DNA of 60,943 nt, the filler included, from Sphacelaria rigidula (lineage: Eukaryota), in assembly GCA_964200075.2 (NCBI GenBank). It is 6 parts of 6 records of this genome, joined end to end, with 100 filler letters (N's around TTAATTAATTAA, not from the genome) between each part and the next. Parts side by side here need not be neighbours in the genome. Positions count along the whole stretch, not along the records: positions 50,871 to 60,943 come from CAXNAA020007204.1; 5 more parts are not named here. One strand, given 5' to 3'. A program made the translations under genes and the position numbers. The notes under the pieces were generated by a model. It was not told the DNA's origin. It ran no database searches and saw only the letters and a program-made list of their open reading frames with translations. Of this stretch, positions 59,732-60,943 are shown piece by piece. The stretch's first letter is position 1, and every line of letters starts with the position of its first letter.

Positions 59732-60085
59732 GGTCGCCCCGGTGGCTCAGTAGGTAACCTCGTAACCTTCTGACGGTTGAGGTGTGAGGTTCGATTCCCG
59801 GAGCGATCTGGGATGTTTCCTTACACCATGCCCAACAGTGGAGAGCGACAATGACGTGGGTACACAAAATTCGACTTAACGATCGACGAGGGAAAAGGGA
59901 CTGCTGAACCCCTCTCGCGATAAAACATCAAACGGCAAGCACCGCAGAGGGAAGGTGGGGTACTAAAAACAAGCAAAAAAGAAAAAGCTCCTGTGTTGAC
60001 CTTGCTCCTGTGTGACCCCGGCTGATGCGCCCACATATCCCAAAAGGGGTAGACTGGCGCCCAGAATAAAAGGGACGACAACATT
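59732..60085 (+). mobile_element. tRNA-derived SINE family 1, full length
   Basis: A box TGGCTCAGTAGG, B box GGTTCGATTCC; body matches 31141-31508. Confidence 0.85.
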
Positions 60086-60436
60086 GGAACATATTGTATT
60101 GTCCAGGGTATAAGCAACACAGCCCCGATGACCACAGGGGTATCAAAGGGCGAAAGTCGACCCGCGTTTTCTGTCATCGTGATGTTTAGCCAAGCTATAT
60201 TAATTGCACGCTGGAAAGGGGATGGGCGACCCCGCCCCGGTGGCCAGATAGGTATCAGGAGGCATATATACCGGGTCGCCTCCTCTGTCACCATATTTTC
60301 TGACCAGTTCCAGTTTTCAAATTGGTTGTTGTCTCAGGCTATCCCAGATTCGGCTATAGATTTTTGTGACAGAAAACACTCTCGCTTTTTCGGAATACTT
60401 TTTTAAAAACCAGCAGAACCTCTAAAAAAACCTGCA

Positions 60437-60681
60437 GAACCTTTCGCAAAACTGCTCAAAAGATGACCCCATTATCTTGACTACAGGGTGGTACCCTCAC
60501 AACCAGACAACTCTGCAGTGGTGTATGAACTGCAGAGTACTACTCTCAACACCAGACGGCGAACCTTTCGGAAAACTGCGCAAAAGATGACCCCATTATC
60601 TTGACTACAGGGTGGTACACTCACAACCAGACAACTCTGCAGTGGTGTATGAACTGCAGAGTACTACTCTCAACACCAGAC
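60437..60681 (+). repeat. 124-bp tandem duplication
   Basis: Near-identical units starting GAACCTTTCG at 60437 and 60561. Confidence 0.92.
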
Positions 60682-60943
60682 AAGGCAGTTATGCCGTGTT
60701 TTCTGGTCGCTCGTGACGGACTGTATTCAAATGCAAAAAATTGTAACCCAGATCTGCACGTTGAGATATGCGGCGGAGTACTACACTCGACCGAAAACAA
60801 CACAGATGTTCTGCAGCATCATCACGAGAAATCACGCGCCGTTCTAATCGCGTTCCGCATGAGAAGGAGAAGAAGTAACAACAGCAGTATCAGCAGCACC
60901 TTTACTGCCAGTAGATGTACGCGGCTGGAGGGGGGGGGGCGTA

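Noticed and set aside
59732-59810. Functional tRNA genes (also ~31430-31508, ~50975-51047, 22414-22488)
   Set aside because: A/B boxes or a T-arm are present but the cloverleaves are incomplete; the first two are attached to a repeated SINE body.

Overview
Eukaryotic, intron-rich, transposon-dense DNA, most consistent with a brown alga (Phaeophyceae; my inference from GT-AG gene structure, the Tim17 sequence and the repeat content). The window is not one locus. It is six blocks of 10,074/10,073 bp joined by five identical artificial spacers (N44-TTAATTAATTAA-N44), so adjacency across spacers means nothing. Host genes, all partial: an FHA-domain gene or pseudogene (block 2, minus), a HEAT/ARM-like multi-exon gene (block 3), the 3' end of an unknown gene and the last exon of Tim17 (block 4), and five exons of an SGNH/PC-esterase-like gene (block 5). 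Mobile DNA: a gag-less Ty3/gypsy chromovirus with both LTRs (10996-15483); two partial copies of a second Ty3/gypsy family with a very long low-complexity Gag, a tRNA-Ser-type PBS and an integrase tail carrying chromo-like plus PWWP/Tudor-like domains; tRNA-derived SINEs; hAT-, piggyBac- and Sola-like MITEs; and a Copia relic. The most unusual signal is a group of short structured retroposon 3' ends that all abut poly-C/poly-G tracts. One copy has a clean 14-bp target-site duplication that starts inside the tract, which suggests a poly(C)-targeting non-LTR retrotransposition system. All identifications are by eye; no database search was run.
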